Below, piece after piece: positions 37,549 through 46,114 of a stretch of 64,000 bases of DNA. The DNA lies in NCBI GenBank assembly GCA_965197905.1, contig CBDAOB010000004.1, forward strand, positions 1,472,001 through 1,536,000, read 5' to 3'. The stretch comes from Candidatus Latescibacterota bacterium (GTDB lineage: Bacteria; Latescibacterota; UBA2968; UBA8231). The position numbers were made by a program, and so were the translations under genes. Every line of letters starts with the position of its first letter. The first letter of the stretch is position 1. Below the pieces are notes generated by a model, which saw nothing but the letters and a program-made list of their open reading frames with translations, ran no database searches and had not been told where the DNA came from.

Positions 37549-39318
37549 TTGCAGCAGAGTATCTTGCGTCACGTCATCTGGCTATTGATTGCGGTGTGCG
37601 GCGCCGAAGGGGCGTCACCCCAGGGCCAGTTCCATCCGGTTGTGACGCTGGAGCGCGGCATGCGGGGGGTCGGCAAGACGGTCTTCCAGGGCACCGCGAT
37701 CGATACCTTCGGGGTCGAAATCCTGGGGGTGGCTTACAACGGGCTGGGACCGAAAAGAGACCTCATATTGGCGCGGCTTTCTGGCGGCCCACTGGAGGAG
37801 ACCGGCATCATCGCCGGCATGAGCGGCAGTCCGGTCTATATCGACGGGCGCTTGGTGGGCGCCGTGGCCTACGGCTGGGCCTTCTCCAAGACTCCGATCT
37901 GTGGCATCACGCCCATTGGTGAGATGCTTGAGGTGATGGCACGGCCGTTGGACGCCGGTCCAAAGATGACGACGCCGCAAATGGATGCTCGCGGGACGGG
38001 CCCGAGCCAGCGCTCGAACACCGCGATCTTCACCACCGCCGGCCTGCACGCCGAACATCTAGCGCCGCTGGCTACACCCGTCAGTCTGAGCGGTTTGACG
38101 CCGGCCGCTGCCGCCGTCCTGGGTGAGGTCCTGGCGCCGTACGGCCTGGCGGTGCAGACGGCACCGGGAGGAACGAGTACCGATTCGAGCCAGGTGCCCG
38201 AACCTGGCTCGGCGTTGGGCGTGCAGTTCATTGCCGGAGACATGAGCGCCACGGGCATCGGCACCGTGACCTACGTGGAAGACAACCGCGTCGTCGCTTT
38301 CGGGCATCGCCTCGGACTGGCCGGCGCAATTGAAATGCCCATGACCAGCGCCTTCATCCACGAGGTCATTCCCAACCAAATCGTTTCCTTCAAGCTGGGC
38401 GCCGCCGCCCAGCGGATCGGCGCCGTCCGACAAGATCGCGCGGCGGCGATCGCCGGTTTGGTCGGCTCGGCTCCCGCCATGCTTCCGGTCACGGTGAGCG
38501 TTTCGTCATCCCAGCAAAGCCGCAGATTCTCCTTCGAGTTATTGCGCCACCGGGAATTGACCTCCCGCCTGGCCGGCGCAGTACTGATTGGCAGCCTTGG
38601 AGCCGCCGAGAAGCTGGCCGGAGACGCGACGCTGGATCTGGCGGGCACCGTGCTTCTTGGCGGTGGAGAGCAATTGAAATGGAGTCAGATCTTCGGCGGC
38701 CCCGGGGCGATCTTGAGGGCGGCGCGTACCGCGGCGGTGCCGCTTGGTCGGCTAACCCGGAGCGAGGTGGCCGACGTCGAGCTCGACTCCGTCCACTTCG
38801 CGGTCAAGTTGCGGGAGCAGGTGCAGACGGCAACCATCGATCGGCTTCGGGTCCCACAAGCCGCACTCCGAGCCGGTCAGTCTTTCCAGCTGGAGGTTAT
38901 ATTGCAACCGTATCGGGGTGACCGCGAACGGGTGCGTTTCGAAATGGAAGTGCCGCCAGGGTTGACTCCGGGTCCGATGCGACTGCGGGTGGGAGGGGGC
39001 GAAGCGAGTCGAGGCTGGGAGCAGAAACGTCGGCCTGATGCGATCACGCCGCGCAATCTGTCGCAGCTGTTGCGCGAACTTGGAGCGGTTGAGCGGAATG
39101 ACGACCTGGTGGTGGAGCTCTACCGCGACGACGCCAGCGTGAGTGTCGATGGCCGCGAGCTCCCAGGTTTACCGCCCTCGGTACGCCGCGTGCTCGACGA
39201 CGCGAGCTCTACAGGATATGTGGGGCCGGTGTTCGGCCGCGTGTTGAAGCGCGAGGTCAGACGCACCGACTACGTCCTGCAGGGGGACCAAAAGCTCGAG
39301 TTGGAGGTGATTCAGTGA
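37549..39318 (+). CDS. Secreted SpoIVB-like (S55) peptidase domain protein
   Basis: Signal peptide; GIIAGMSGSPVY..G.L.GAV and GIGTVTY....V.AFGH motifs; 589 aa. Confidence 0.88.
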   Translation: MQQSILRHVIWLLIAVCGAEGASPQGQFHPVVTLERGMRGVGKTVFQGTAIDTFGVEILGVAYNGLGPKRDLILARLSGGPLEETGIIAGMSGSPVYIDGRLVGAVAYGWAFSKTPICGITPIGEMLEVMARPLDAGPKMTTPQMDARGTGPSQRSNTAIFTTAGLHAEHLAPLATPVSLSGLTPAAAAVLGEVLAPYGLAVQTAPGGTSTDSSQVPEPGSALGVQFIAGDMSATGIGTVTYVEDNRVVAFGHRLGLAGAIEMPMTSAFIHEVIPNQIVSFKLGAAAQRIGAVRQDRAAAIAGLVGSAPAMLPVTVSVSSSQQSRRFSFELLRHRELTSRLAGAVLIGSLGAAEKLAGDATLDLAGTVLLGGGEQLKWSQIFGGPGAILRAARTAAVPLGRLTRSEVADVELDSVHFAVKLREQVQTATIDRLRVPQAALRAGQSFQLEVILQPYRGDRERVRFEMEVPPGLTPGPMRLRVGGGEASRGWEQKRRPDAITPRNLSQLLRELGAVERNDDLVVELYRDDASVSVDGRELPGLPPSVRRVLDDASSTGYVGPVFGRVLKREVRRTDYVLQGDQKLELEVIQ

Positions 39319-41369
39319 TCGGGTCGGAAAAATGGCGCCGCCTGCTGCCTCACGCGGCGATCCTTGTCCTTATCCTGGCAACCGCTGCCGAGATCGGGGC
39401 TGCGCGGCCGCGAACCTGGCGCCAGGAGTCGTTTGCCGCTTTTGCCGCGGGGAAAGCGGACGGCGTGTCGATTGCACACGACGGCACCTTGCAATTGGCC
39501 CCCAAACTCGATGAAGTCGTAGTCCTCGACGCGGAGCGGGTGTGGTCTTTCGCAGCAGATGTGGGTGGTGCGAACTACGTAGGCACCGGGGACAGTGGGC
39601 AGATCTTCAAGGTCGATGCCGCGGGCAACGCCGTGCTCGTCTTCGACTCCATGGAAGTCTCGATCCACGCCCTGGTGGCGGACGCGGGCGGTCATTTGTA
39701 TGCGGGAACCGCTCCCGACGGCTTGATCTACCGAATCTCCCCCGCCGGCGAGGCCACCACCTTGGCCGCCACTCGCGCCCATTATGTTTGGGATCTGGAG
39801 CTTGGTAGCGACGGTGAGCTCTTTGCCGCCACGGGCGAACCCGCCGCGATTCTGCAGATCGACCGCGCCGGTAACGTCGATACCCTGGTACAAATGCAGG
39901 ATCGGCACGTCATGGCGCTGGCGTGGGTGGAAAAGCGGCTCTACGCCGCTACGTCGCAGAAGGGTCGCATCTACGAGATCGAAAAAGGGCACCGCCCGAG
40001 GTTGCTCTACGAGGCCGTTCAAGAGGAGATCCATAGCCTGGTCTCGGGTGCCGGCGGAAACCTGTTTGCGACCATGGTGACCGGCACGGAGGAGAGCGAA
40101 ACCTCAGGAGCCACGACAGCTGTGCTGCGGTTTCATCCTCTTACCGGAGGACGAGTCGTATGGAGCGCTCAGGAAGGGCAAGCACTCGGAATCGTCAGTG
40201 AATCCGCTGAGCGACTGCTGTTCTCGGTCACCGAACCGCCGAGAATATTCCTGCTGGATCGAGACGACCGCATCTCGACCCTGATCGATCTCGAGGGGGA
40301 AAGTCCCAGTCGCCTGGCGCGGACCAGAAGCGGTGAGATCCTGATCGGCATGTCGCAGTCGGGCGCCGTCCAACGTTTGAACCAGTCCCCGCGGCACAGC
40401 GGACAATTCGAATCTAATGCTCACGACTTCGGCGGGCACTCGCACTGGGGCCGCATCTATTGGCAGGGGACGGTCCCTGAACAAACCGACATCCAACTTC
40501 AGACCCGATCCGGCAACAGCGCCGAGCCCGATGATACCTGGGGCGACTGGTCGAAAGCACTAGACGTCAGCGGTCAACCCGTGGCGAGCGCCCCAGCACG
40601 TTATCTGCAGTACCGGGCGACCTTGAGGTCTTCCGATCCCGCTCGGACGCCCATACTCCACAAGGTGGAGGTGTGGGCGCGCCAAGCTAACCTGAGGCCG
40701 GAGATCACCGATTTGCAGACGTATCCCCGGCGGATGGGGGAGAACATCGCCAAGAGCGGCGGCGAGAACGCCGTCAACGGCAAGATTGCCAGCAACAATA
40801 ACGCCCGTCGCAATCTGCCTCAACGCAAGAGCTTGCGCGTGGTTCGCTGGCAGGCAAAAGACCCCAACGGGGACGATCTGAGTTACGACGTGTACCTGCG
40901 CAGCCTCGATCAGCAGGAGTGGAAGCTGGCGCAGGAGGATATACCGCGGAATTCCATCTTGTGGGATACCGAAACCATGCCGGAGGGTATGACGCTGTTG
41001 AAGCTGGTTGCTTCCGACAGGCCGGACAACGGGGAGGGGGAAACCCTGAGTGCGGAGCGGGTAGCGGGACCGTTTGCTATCGATAACTCGCCGCCCGAGA
41101 TCACCGCCAAAGCGAAGGTGGACAGGGACGTCGTCGTGGACCTGACCTTGCAGGATCGGATCTCACCCGTCCGCAAAGTGCAGTATTCGGTGGATTATTT
41201 GGATCAAATTCGCCAGGTGTCGCCGCTGGATGGCGTTTTCGACAGCACCGAAGAGCGCGCCCGCTTTACGGTGAGCGACCTGGCACCCGGTGAACACGTA
41301 ATCGCCATCCAGGCTTGGGACACATTGGACAACGTCGGGACGCAGCAGATCGTCGTACAGGTAAAGTGA
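39315..41369 (+). CDS. Secreted beta-propeller protein with C-terminal Ig/FN3-like domains
   Basis: Signal peptide; repeated LY(A/V)(G/A)T...G.IY.I units, TRSGN..PD.TW..WS and W.A.DPNGD.L.Y motifs; GTGA overlap with the upstream gene; 684 aa. Confidence 0.8.
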   Translation: MIGSEKWRRLLPHAAILVLILATAAEIGAARPRTWRQESFAAFAAGKADGVSIAHDGTLQLAPKLDEVVVLDAERVWSFAADVGGANYVGTGDSGQIFKVDAAGNAVLVFDSMEVSIHALVADAGGHLYAGTAPDGLIYRISPAGEATTLAATRAHYVWDLELGSDGELFAATGEPAAILQIDRAGNVDTLVQMQDRHVMALAWVEKRLYAATSQKGRIYEIEKGHRPRLLYEAVQEEIHSLVSGAGGNLFATMVTGTEESETSGATTAVLRFHPLTGGRVVWSAQEGQALGIVSESAERLLFSVTEPPRIFLLDRDDRISTLIDLEGESPSRLARTRSGEILIGMSQSGAVQRLNQSPRHSGQFESNAHDFGGHSHWGRIYWQGTVPEQTDIQLQTRSGNSAEPDDTWGDWSKALDVSGQPVASAPARYLQYRATLRSSDPARTPILHKVEVWARQANLRPEITDLQTYPRRMGENIAKSGGENAVNGKIASNNNARRNLPQRKSLRVVRWQAKDPNGDDLSYDVYLRSLDQQEWKLAQEDIPRNSILWDTETMPEGMTLLKLVASDRPDNGEGETLSAERVAGPFAIDNSPPEITAKAKVDRDVVVDLTLQDRISPVRKVQYSVDYLDQIRQVSPLDGVFDSTEERARFTVSDLAPGEHVIAIQAWDTLDNVGTQQIVVQVK

Positions 41370-42460
41370 AGGACGATGAGTCTTATATGCAGCGGGCGCT
41401 GCGGCTCGCTGACAAGGGCCGGGGCCGGGTCAGTCCCAATCCTCTGGTGGGGGCAGTGGTGGTGTATGACGGTGAGATCATCGGTGAGGGCGCGCATCTG
41501 CAGGTGGGCTCGGTCCATGCTGAGGTAAACGCACTGCGCGAGCTGGGCACCCGTGCCCGCGGCGCGACATTGTATGTGACCCTCGAGCCGTGCTCGTTTC
41601 ACGGGCGGACGCCACCATGTTGCGAAGCGGTGATCGATGCCGGCATCGCGCGTGTTGTTTGCGCCCTGGAGGATCCCGATAAACGGGCTCGGGGGTCCGG
41701 GTTCAAACGTTTGGAGGAAGCCGGCATTCGCGTCGACGTGGGCTTGCTCGCCTCCGAAGCATCGAGGCGCAACGCCCCCTACCTCAAGCACCGCCGCACC
41801 GGCTTGCCGTGGGTGGTGCTGAAACTGGCGCAAAGCCTCGATGGAAACATTGCGACCTCATCAGGCGATTCGCGCTGGATAAGCGGTGAACCTTCGCGCC
41901 GTCTGGTGCATCGGTGGCGTTCGTGGGTCGATGCGGTCATGGTGGGTGCCGGTACTGTTGGAAAAGATGACCCGCAACTAACGGTCCGGCGGGTACGGGG
42001 CCGCGATCCGCGAGTGATCGTCGTTGATGGGCGCCTAGGCGTGCCGTGTTCGGCGCAGGTTTTCCAACGCGGGGGAACGGTGGTCGCCACCCTGGCCTCG
42101 TGCCCAGCTGCTCGGCGAGCTGCCTACGCCGACCTGGGTGTCGAGGTATGGTCCTTTGCGTCCACGGCGGAACGCATCGATTTGCGGCAGCTGCTGATGA
42201 AAGCTGGAGAAAACGAGATCACCAGCGTTCTGGTGGAGGGCGGCGCCAAACTGGCCGCCGCCGCGTTGGCGGATCGCGTGGTGGACGAGGTAATGATTTT
42301 CCTGGCCCCGCTTCTGTTGGGTGACGGGGTTGCCAGTATCGGTCAACTGGGCATTAAACGCGTGGACGACGGCATTCGGCTCGACCGCGTGCGCACCCGG
42401 CGCGTTGGAGAGGATATGCTGCTCACCGGAGAGGTTCGATACCCATGTTCACCGGATTGA
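41366..42460 (+). CDS. ribD: Bifunctional pyrimidine deaminase/reductase
   Basis: PNPLVG, HAE, TLEPC....RTPPC, SLDG and LVEGG motifs; GTG 41366 overlaps the upstream stop. Confidence 0.95.
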   Translation: MKDDESYMQRALRLADKGRGRVSPNPLVGAVVVYDGEIIGEGAHLQVGSVHAEVNALRELGTRARGATLYVTLEPCSFHGRTPPCCEAVIDAGIARVVCALEDPDKRARGSGFKRLEEAGIRVDVGLLASEASRRNAPYLKHRRTGLPWVVLKLAQSLDGNIATSSGDSRWISGEPSRRLVHRWRSWVDAVMVGAGTVGKDDPQLTVRRVRGRDPRVIVVDGRLGVPCSAQVFQRGGTVVATLASCPAARRAAYADLGVEVWSFASTAERIDLRQLLMKAGENEITSVLVEGGAKLAAAALADRVVDEVMIFLAPLLLGDGVASIGQLGIKRVDDGIRLDRVRTRRVGEDMLLTGEVRYPCSPD

Positions 42461-43089
42461 TCGAGGAAGTCGGAGAGGTTGGAGAGCTGCGCCGCTCGGT
42501 CAGCTTTCAGCGGATGGAGATCACCGCGGGGTCGGTCCTGGAGGATCTTGCGATTGGCGACAGCATCTGCATCGACGGCGTCTGCCAGACCGTGGTCGCC
42601 CTAAAGGGAAACCGATTCGTCGTTGAATCGGTGGAGGAAACCATGCGCCTGACCACCTTGTCGGCCTTGCGAACCGGTGACCGGGTCAATCTGGAGCGCC
42701 CCCTGAAGGCCAGCGATCGCCTGGGAGGTCATATGGTCCTGGGGCATGTCGACGGCGTCGGTGTCATCCGCCGTTTGGAGGCCTCGGGAGGCAGCTGGAT
42801 CCTGCAGGTGGAGATACCCGCTCTGCTGCGTCGATACATCGCGCCCAAGGGCTCGATCGCCGTCGATGGGATCAGTTTGACAGTGGTGACGAGCACCGCG
42901 GAGGGGTTTACGATCAGCCTGATACCGCATACATTTGAGCATACAAATCTAAAGCAGCGAAAACGGGGCGATCGCGTGAATATCGAGGTGGACGTGGTCG
43001 CCCGTTACCTTGAGCGCCTGCTGGTCCGTGAAGATGCAAACGGTGAATTCGATCTCTCCAAACTGAAGGAAATGGGATACGATGCCTGA
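42445..43089 (+). CDS. ribE: Riboflavin synthase
   Basis: MFTGLIEE, VNLER, GGH.V.GHVD, KGSIAVDGISLT and IPHT motifs. Confidence 0.96.
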   Translation: MFTGLIEEVGEVGELRRSVSFQRMEITAGSVLEDLAIGDSICIDGVCQTVVALKGNRFVVESVEETMRLTTLSALRTGDRVNLERPLKASDRLGGHMVLGHVDGVGVIRRLEASGGSWILQVEIPALLRRYIAPKGSIAVDGISLTVVTSTAEGFTISLIPHTFEHTNLKQRKRGDRVNIEVDVVARYLERLLVREDANGEFDLSKLKEMGYDA

Positions 43090-44365
43090 CTTCAATTCCG
43101 TCGAGGAAGTTCTCGAAGAGCTACCGGCTGGGTCGATGGTTGTGCTCGTCGACGAACGGGGCCAGGACGTGGACGGTACGGAGCTGGTCGGCGAGGGTGA
43201 GTTGATGACGCTGGCAGAAACGGTCACTCCTCAGACGATCAATTTCATGGCGCGGCACGCCAGCGGCCCGCTGAACGTAACAGCCAGCGGAGAAAGACTG
43301 GAAGCACTTGGTCTGAAGTTGGCTACCGGTGGTCACGGCCCTCGCGGAGCAGCCGTAATGGCTTCCGTGAACGCCCGCGACGTCACCGGAACCGGTGTTT
43401 CGGCCCACGATCGCGCTGCGACGATTCGCAAACTCGCCGACCCCGCCAGCGCGCCGGGGGACTTTGTGCAACCGGGACATATCACCCCCTTGCGCGCCCA
43501 GGTCGGGGGTGTGCTCAGGCGGGCCGGTCATACAGAGGCCTCGGTCGATATGGCGGTCCTGGCCGAATGCCAGCCCGTGGGTTTGATCTCAGCGATCCTC
43601 GACGAGGACGGAGAAGTCGCTTCAACCCCGTATTTGCTCGAATTCGCCCGCCAACACGGACTTAAGATCGCCAGTATCAAGGACCTCATCGCCTACCGCC
43701 GGCGAACGGAGAAACTGATCTCCCTGGAGGCCCGCTCGACCATGCCTACCCGCTTCGGGGAGTTCGAGCTGTTTGCCTATCGCAGCCTGGTCGACGACAG
43801 TCCGTACATCGCCCTGGTGATGGGAGAGGTGGCTGACGGAGAAGATACGCTGGTGCGCATGCATTCGGCCTGTCTTACGGGCGACGCTCTCGGTTCGTTT
43901 CTGTGTGATTGCGGCGACCAGCTGCAACAGTCGCTGGAACTCATCGCACGCGAAGGCCGGGGCGTGCTGGTCTACATACAGAACCACGAGGGGCGCGGCA
44001 TCGGGATCCTGCATAAGATGAAGGCGTACCAATTGCAGCGCACCGAAGGGCTGGACACCATCGAAGCCAATCACGCCTTGGGCTTGCCCATGGATGCCCG
44101 GGACTACGGCATCGGTGCCCAGGTCCTTCATGACCTGGGGTTGAGCCGCGTCCGGTTCCTCACCAACAATCCGAAGAAACGAGTGGGTCTAGAGGCATAC
44201 GGCCTTACCGTCGTCGAGCAGGTGCCCATCGCCGCCCACCCGAACCCTCACAATATTCGCTACTTGAAAACCAAGCAGGACAAGATGGGCCACACGACGC
44301 TCTTGGAACGGGATTCGACGCTCCCCGCCGCCGAAGGAGAACAACAGAATGCCAAAAGTGCATGA
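43082..44365 (+). CDS. ribBA: RibBA fusion: degenerate DHBP synthase domain plus GTP cyclohydrolase II
   Basis: PGH..PL and RAGHTEA (RibB fold); RMHSACLTGD...CDCG, EGRGIG, RDYG and TNNP.K (RibA). Confidence 0.93.
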   Translation: MPDFNSVEEVLEELPAGSMVVLVDERGQDVDGTELVGEGELMTLAETVTPQTINFMARHASGPLNVTASGERLEALGLKLATGGHGPRGAAVMASVNARDVTGTGVSAHDRAATIRKLADPASAPGDFVQPGHITPLRAQVGGVLRRAGHTEASVDMAVLAECQPVGLISAILDEDGEVASTPYLLEFARQHGLKIASIKDLIAYRRRTEKLISLEARSTMPTRFGEFELFAYRSLVDDSPYIALVMGEVADGEDTLVRMHSACLTGDALGSFLCDCGDQLQQSLELIAREGRGVLVYIQNHEGRGIGILHKMKAYQLQRTEGLDTIEANHALGLPMDARDYGIGAQVLHDLGLSRVRFLTNNPKKRVGLEAYGLTVVEQVPIAAHPNPHNIRYLKTKQDKMGHTTLLERDSTLPAAEGEQQNAKSA

Positions 44366-44816
44366 GGGTCAGCTCGCGGCCGGGGGCAGCAGCTTCGCCA
44401 TCGTGGTGAGCCGTTTTAACAGCTTGGTCACCGGCAAGTTGCTGGAAGGAGCGCTGGACTGCCTGAAGCGGCATGGATGCACCGACGAGAACATCGAAAT
44501 TGCCTGGGTCCCGGGGGCGTTCGAATTGCCGCTCGTGGCACAGAAGATGGCCGCCGCGGGTCGGGCGGATGTGGTCATTTGCCTGGGTGCTATTATCCGC
44601 AGCAATACCCCGCATTTTGATTTCGTAGCCAACGAAACGGCGCGCGGCATTTCGCGGGTCGGGCTCGACAGCGGCGTGCCGGTTACCTTCGGCGTAATCA
44701 CCACCGACGACGTGGAGCAGGCCGTTGAACGGGCGGGGACACGGGCGGGCAACCGCGGCTGGGATGCCGCCCTCAATGCCATCGAAATGGCCAGCCTCTG
44801 CGCCCAACTGGGCTGA
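44349..44816 (+). CDS. ribH: 6,7-dimethyl-8-ribityllumazine synthase
   Basis: SRFN, VPGAFELP, TPHFD and FGVIT motifs. Confidence 0.96.
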   Translation: MPKVHEGQLAAGGSSFAIVVSRFNSLVTGKLLEGALDCLKRHGCTDENIEIAWVPGAFELPLVAQKMAAAGRADVVICLGAIIRSNTPHFDFVANETARGISRVGLDSGVPVTFGVITTDDVEQAVERAGTRAGNRGWDAALNAIEMASLCAQLG

Positions 44817-44817
44817 T

Positions 44818-45276
44818 ATGACGCTGACGGAATTTCAGGACAACTTCGAAGCCGTCGACACCCCGGACAACCGTCATGGTGCGCGACGGCTGGCTCTGCA
44901 AGCTCTCTACTGGGAGGCGTGTGACGCCGGCAAGGCAGAGGGGGCGCTGGAGAATCTCCAACAGGCGGTGGAGCTTTCAGAGCCCGTGCGCGCCTTTGCC
45001 GAAACTCTGGTTTTACTGGTCGCTGACCACGCCCTCGAGCTCGAAGAGCTCATCGGGACAAACGCCACCCACTGGCGCACCGATCGGATGGCCCGTATCG
45101 ATTTGATCATCCTGCGCCAGACATTGGCGGAAATCCTCTTCGTCGACGATGTCCCAGTTCGAGTCTCCATCGACGAGGCGGTGGAACTCGCCCGCATCTT
45201 CAGCACCGAGCAGTCGTACGCTTTCGTGAACGGGATTCTCGATGCGGTCGTTCATAAAAAGGGTCTACCGGTGTAG
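44818..45276 (+). CDS. nusB: Transcription antitermination factor
   Basis: AR..ALQALY, W..DR...ID..ILR, IDEAVELA and FVNGILD motifs; follows ribH. Confidence 0.92.
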   Translation: MTLTEFQDNFEAVDTPDNRHGARRLALQALYWEACDAGKAEGALENLQQAVELSEPVRAFAETLVLLVADHALELEELIGTNATHWRTDRMARIDLIILRQTLAEILFVDDVPVRVSIDEAVELARIFSTEQSYAFVNGILDAVVHKKGLPV

Positions 45277-45306
45277 GTGCGTTGGCTTGCGGTTCAGGAA
45301 TCGCCC

Positions 45307-46031
45307 ATGCGCACGGCAATTATCTCGGATATCCATGGCAATCTGGAAGCATTGGAGGCGGTCTATCGGGCGGCAACCGAGTGCGGCGTTGACTCCTGGG
45401 CCTGTCTGGGCGACATCGTTGGCTACGGCGCTGACCCGCAACCCTGCCTGCAGCGGATTCGGGCGACGACGGAACAGATCCTTCGCGGGAATCACGACGC
45501 GGCGGTGGCGGGCACACAGAGCCTTGACGGCTTCAACCTCGTCGCACGCGAAGCGGCGCTGTGGACCGCCAGCCGGTTGACGCCAGCGGAGCGCGAGCTC
45601 CTCGCCACGCTACCGCTGGAGTTGGAGCGCGACGGGGTTCTTCTGTGCACGCAGGGCCAGGGGACCCGGAGGCCTGGGAGTACATATACTCCGCGATCGA
45701 AGCTCGACAGGCGTTGGAGGTGACTGATGCGCACATCTGCTTCGTCGGTCATACCCATTGCCCTCTGGCGTGTGTGGAAGCGGGGGGCGCTGTCAGCTCG
45801 ATGTCCGGAAATGCCATCGAGCTGGACGCTCACTCTAGGTACCTCTTCAACGTGGGAAGTGTCGGGCAGCCCCGTGATGGCGATCCACGTGCATGCTTCG
45901 TCGTGTGGGACGCCGACGCGAAGACGGTCGAATTTCAGCGCGTCTGCTACGACGTGGAAACAGCCCGTAGAAAGATCCTGGACGCCGACCTGCCGCGGTT
46001 TCTGGCCGATCGACTTCTCAGCGGCAGATGA
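45307..46031 (+). pseudogene. Metallophosphoesterase-family gene split by a frameshift (pseudogene or sequence error)
   Basis: Frame A holds SDIHGN, LGDIVGYG and GNHD. Frame B holds VHAGP, GHTH and NVGSVGQPRDG. The frames switch at about 45643-45645, equivalent to one missing base. Confidence 0.8.
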
Positions 46032-46114
46032 AGAACGCCCTTGCCCCGCGCGCCAGAGCGAATGGGGAAGAATCCAACCGAGCCGGATGACAATCTACTG
46101 AGTGAGGAACTGGC

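Noticed and set aside
45631..45660. Programmed -1 ribosomal frameshift
   Set aside because: No canonical slippery heptamer and no precedent known to me in this family.
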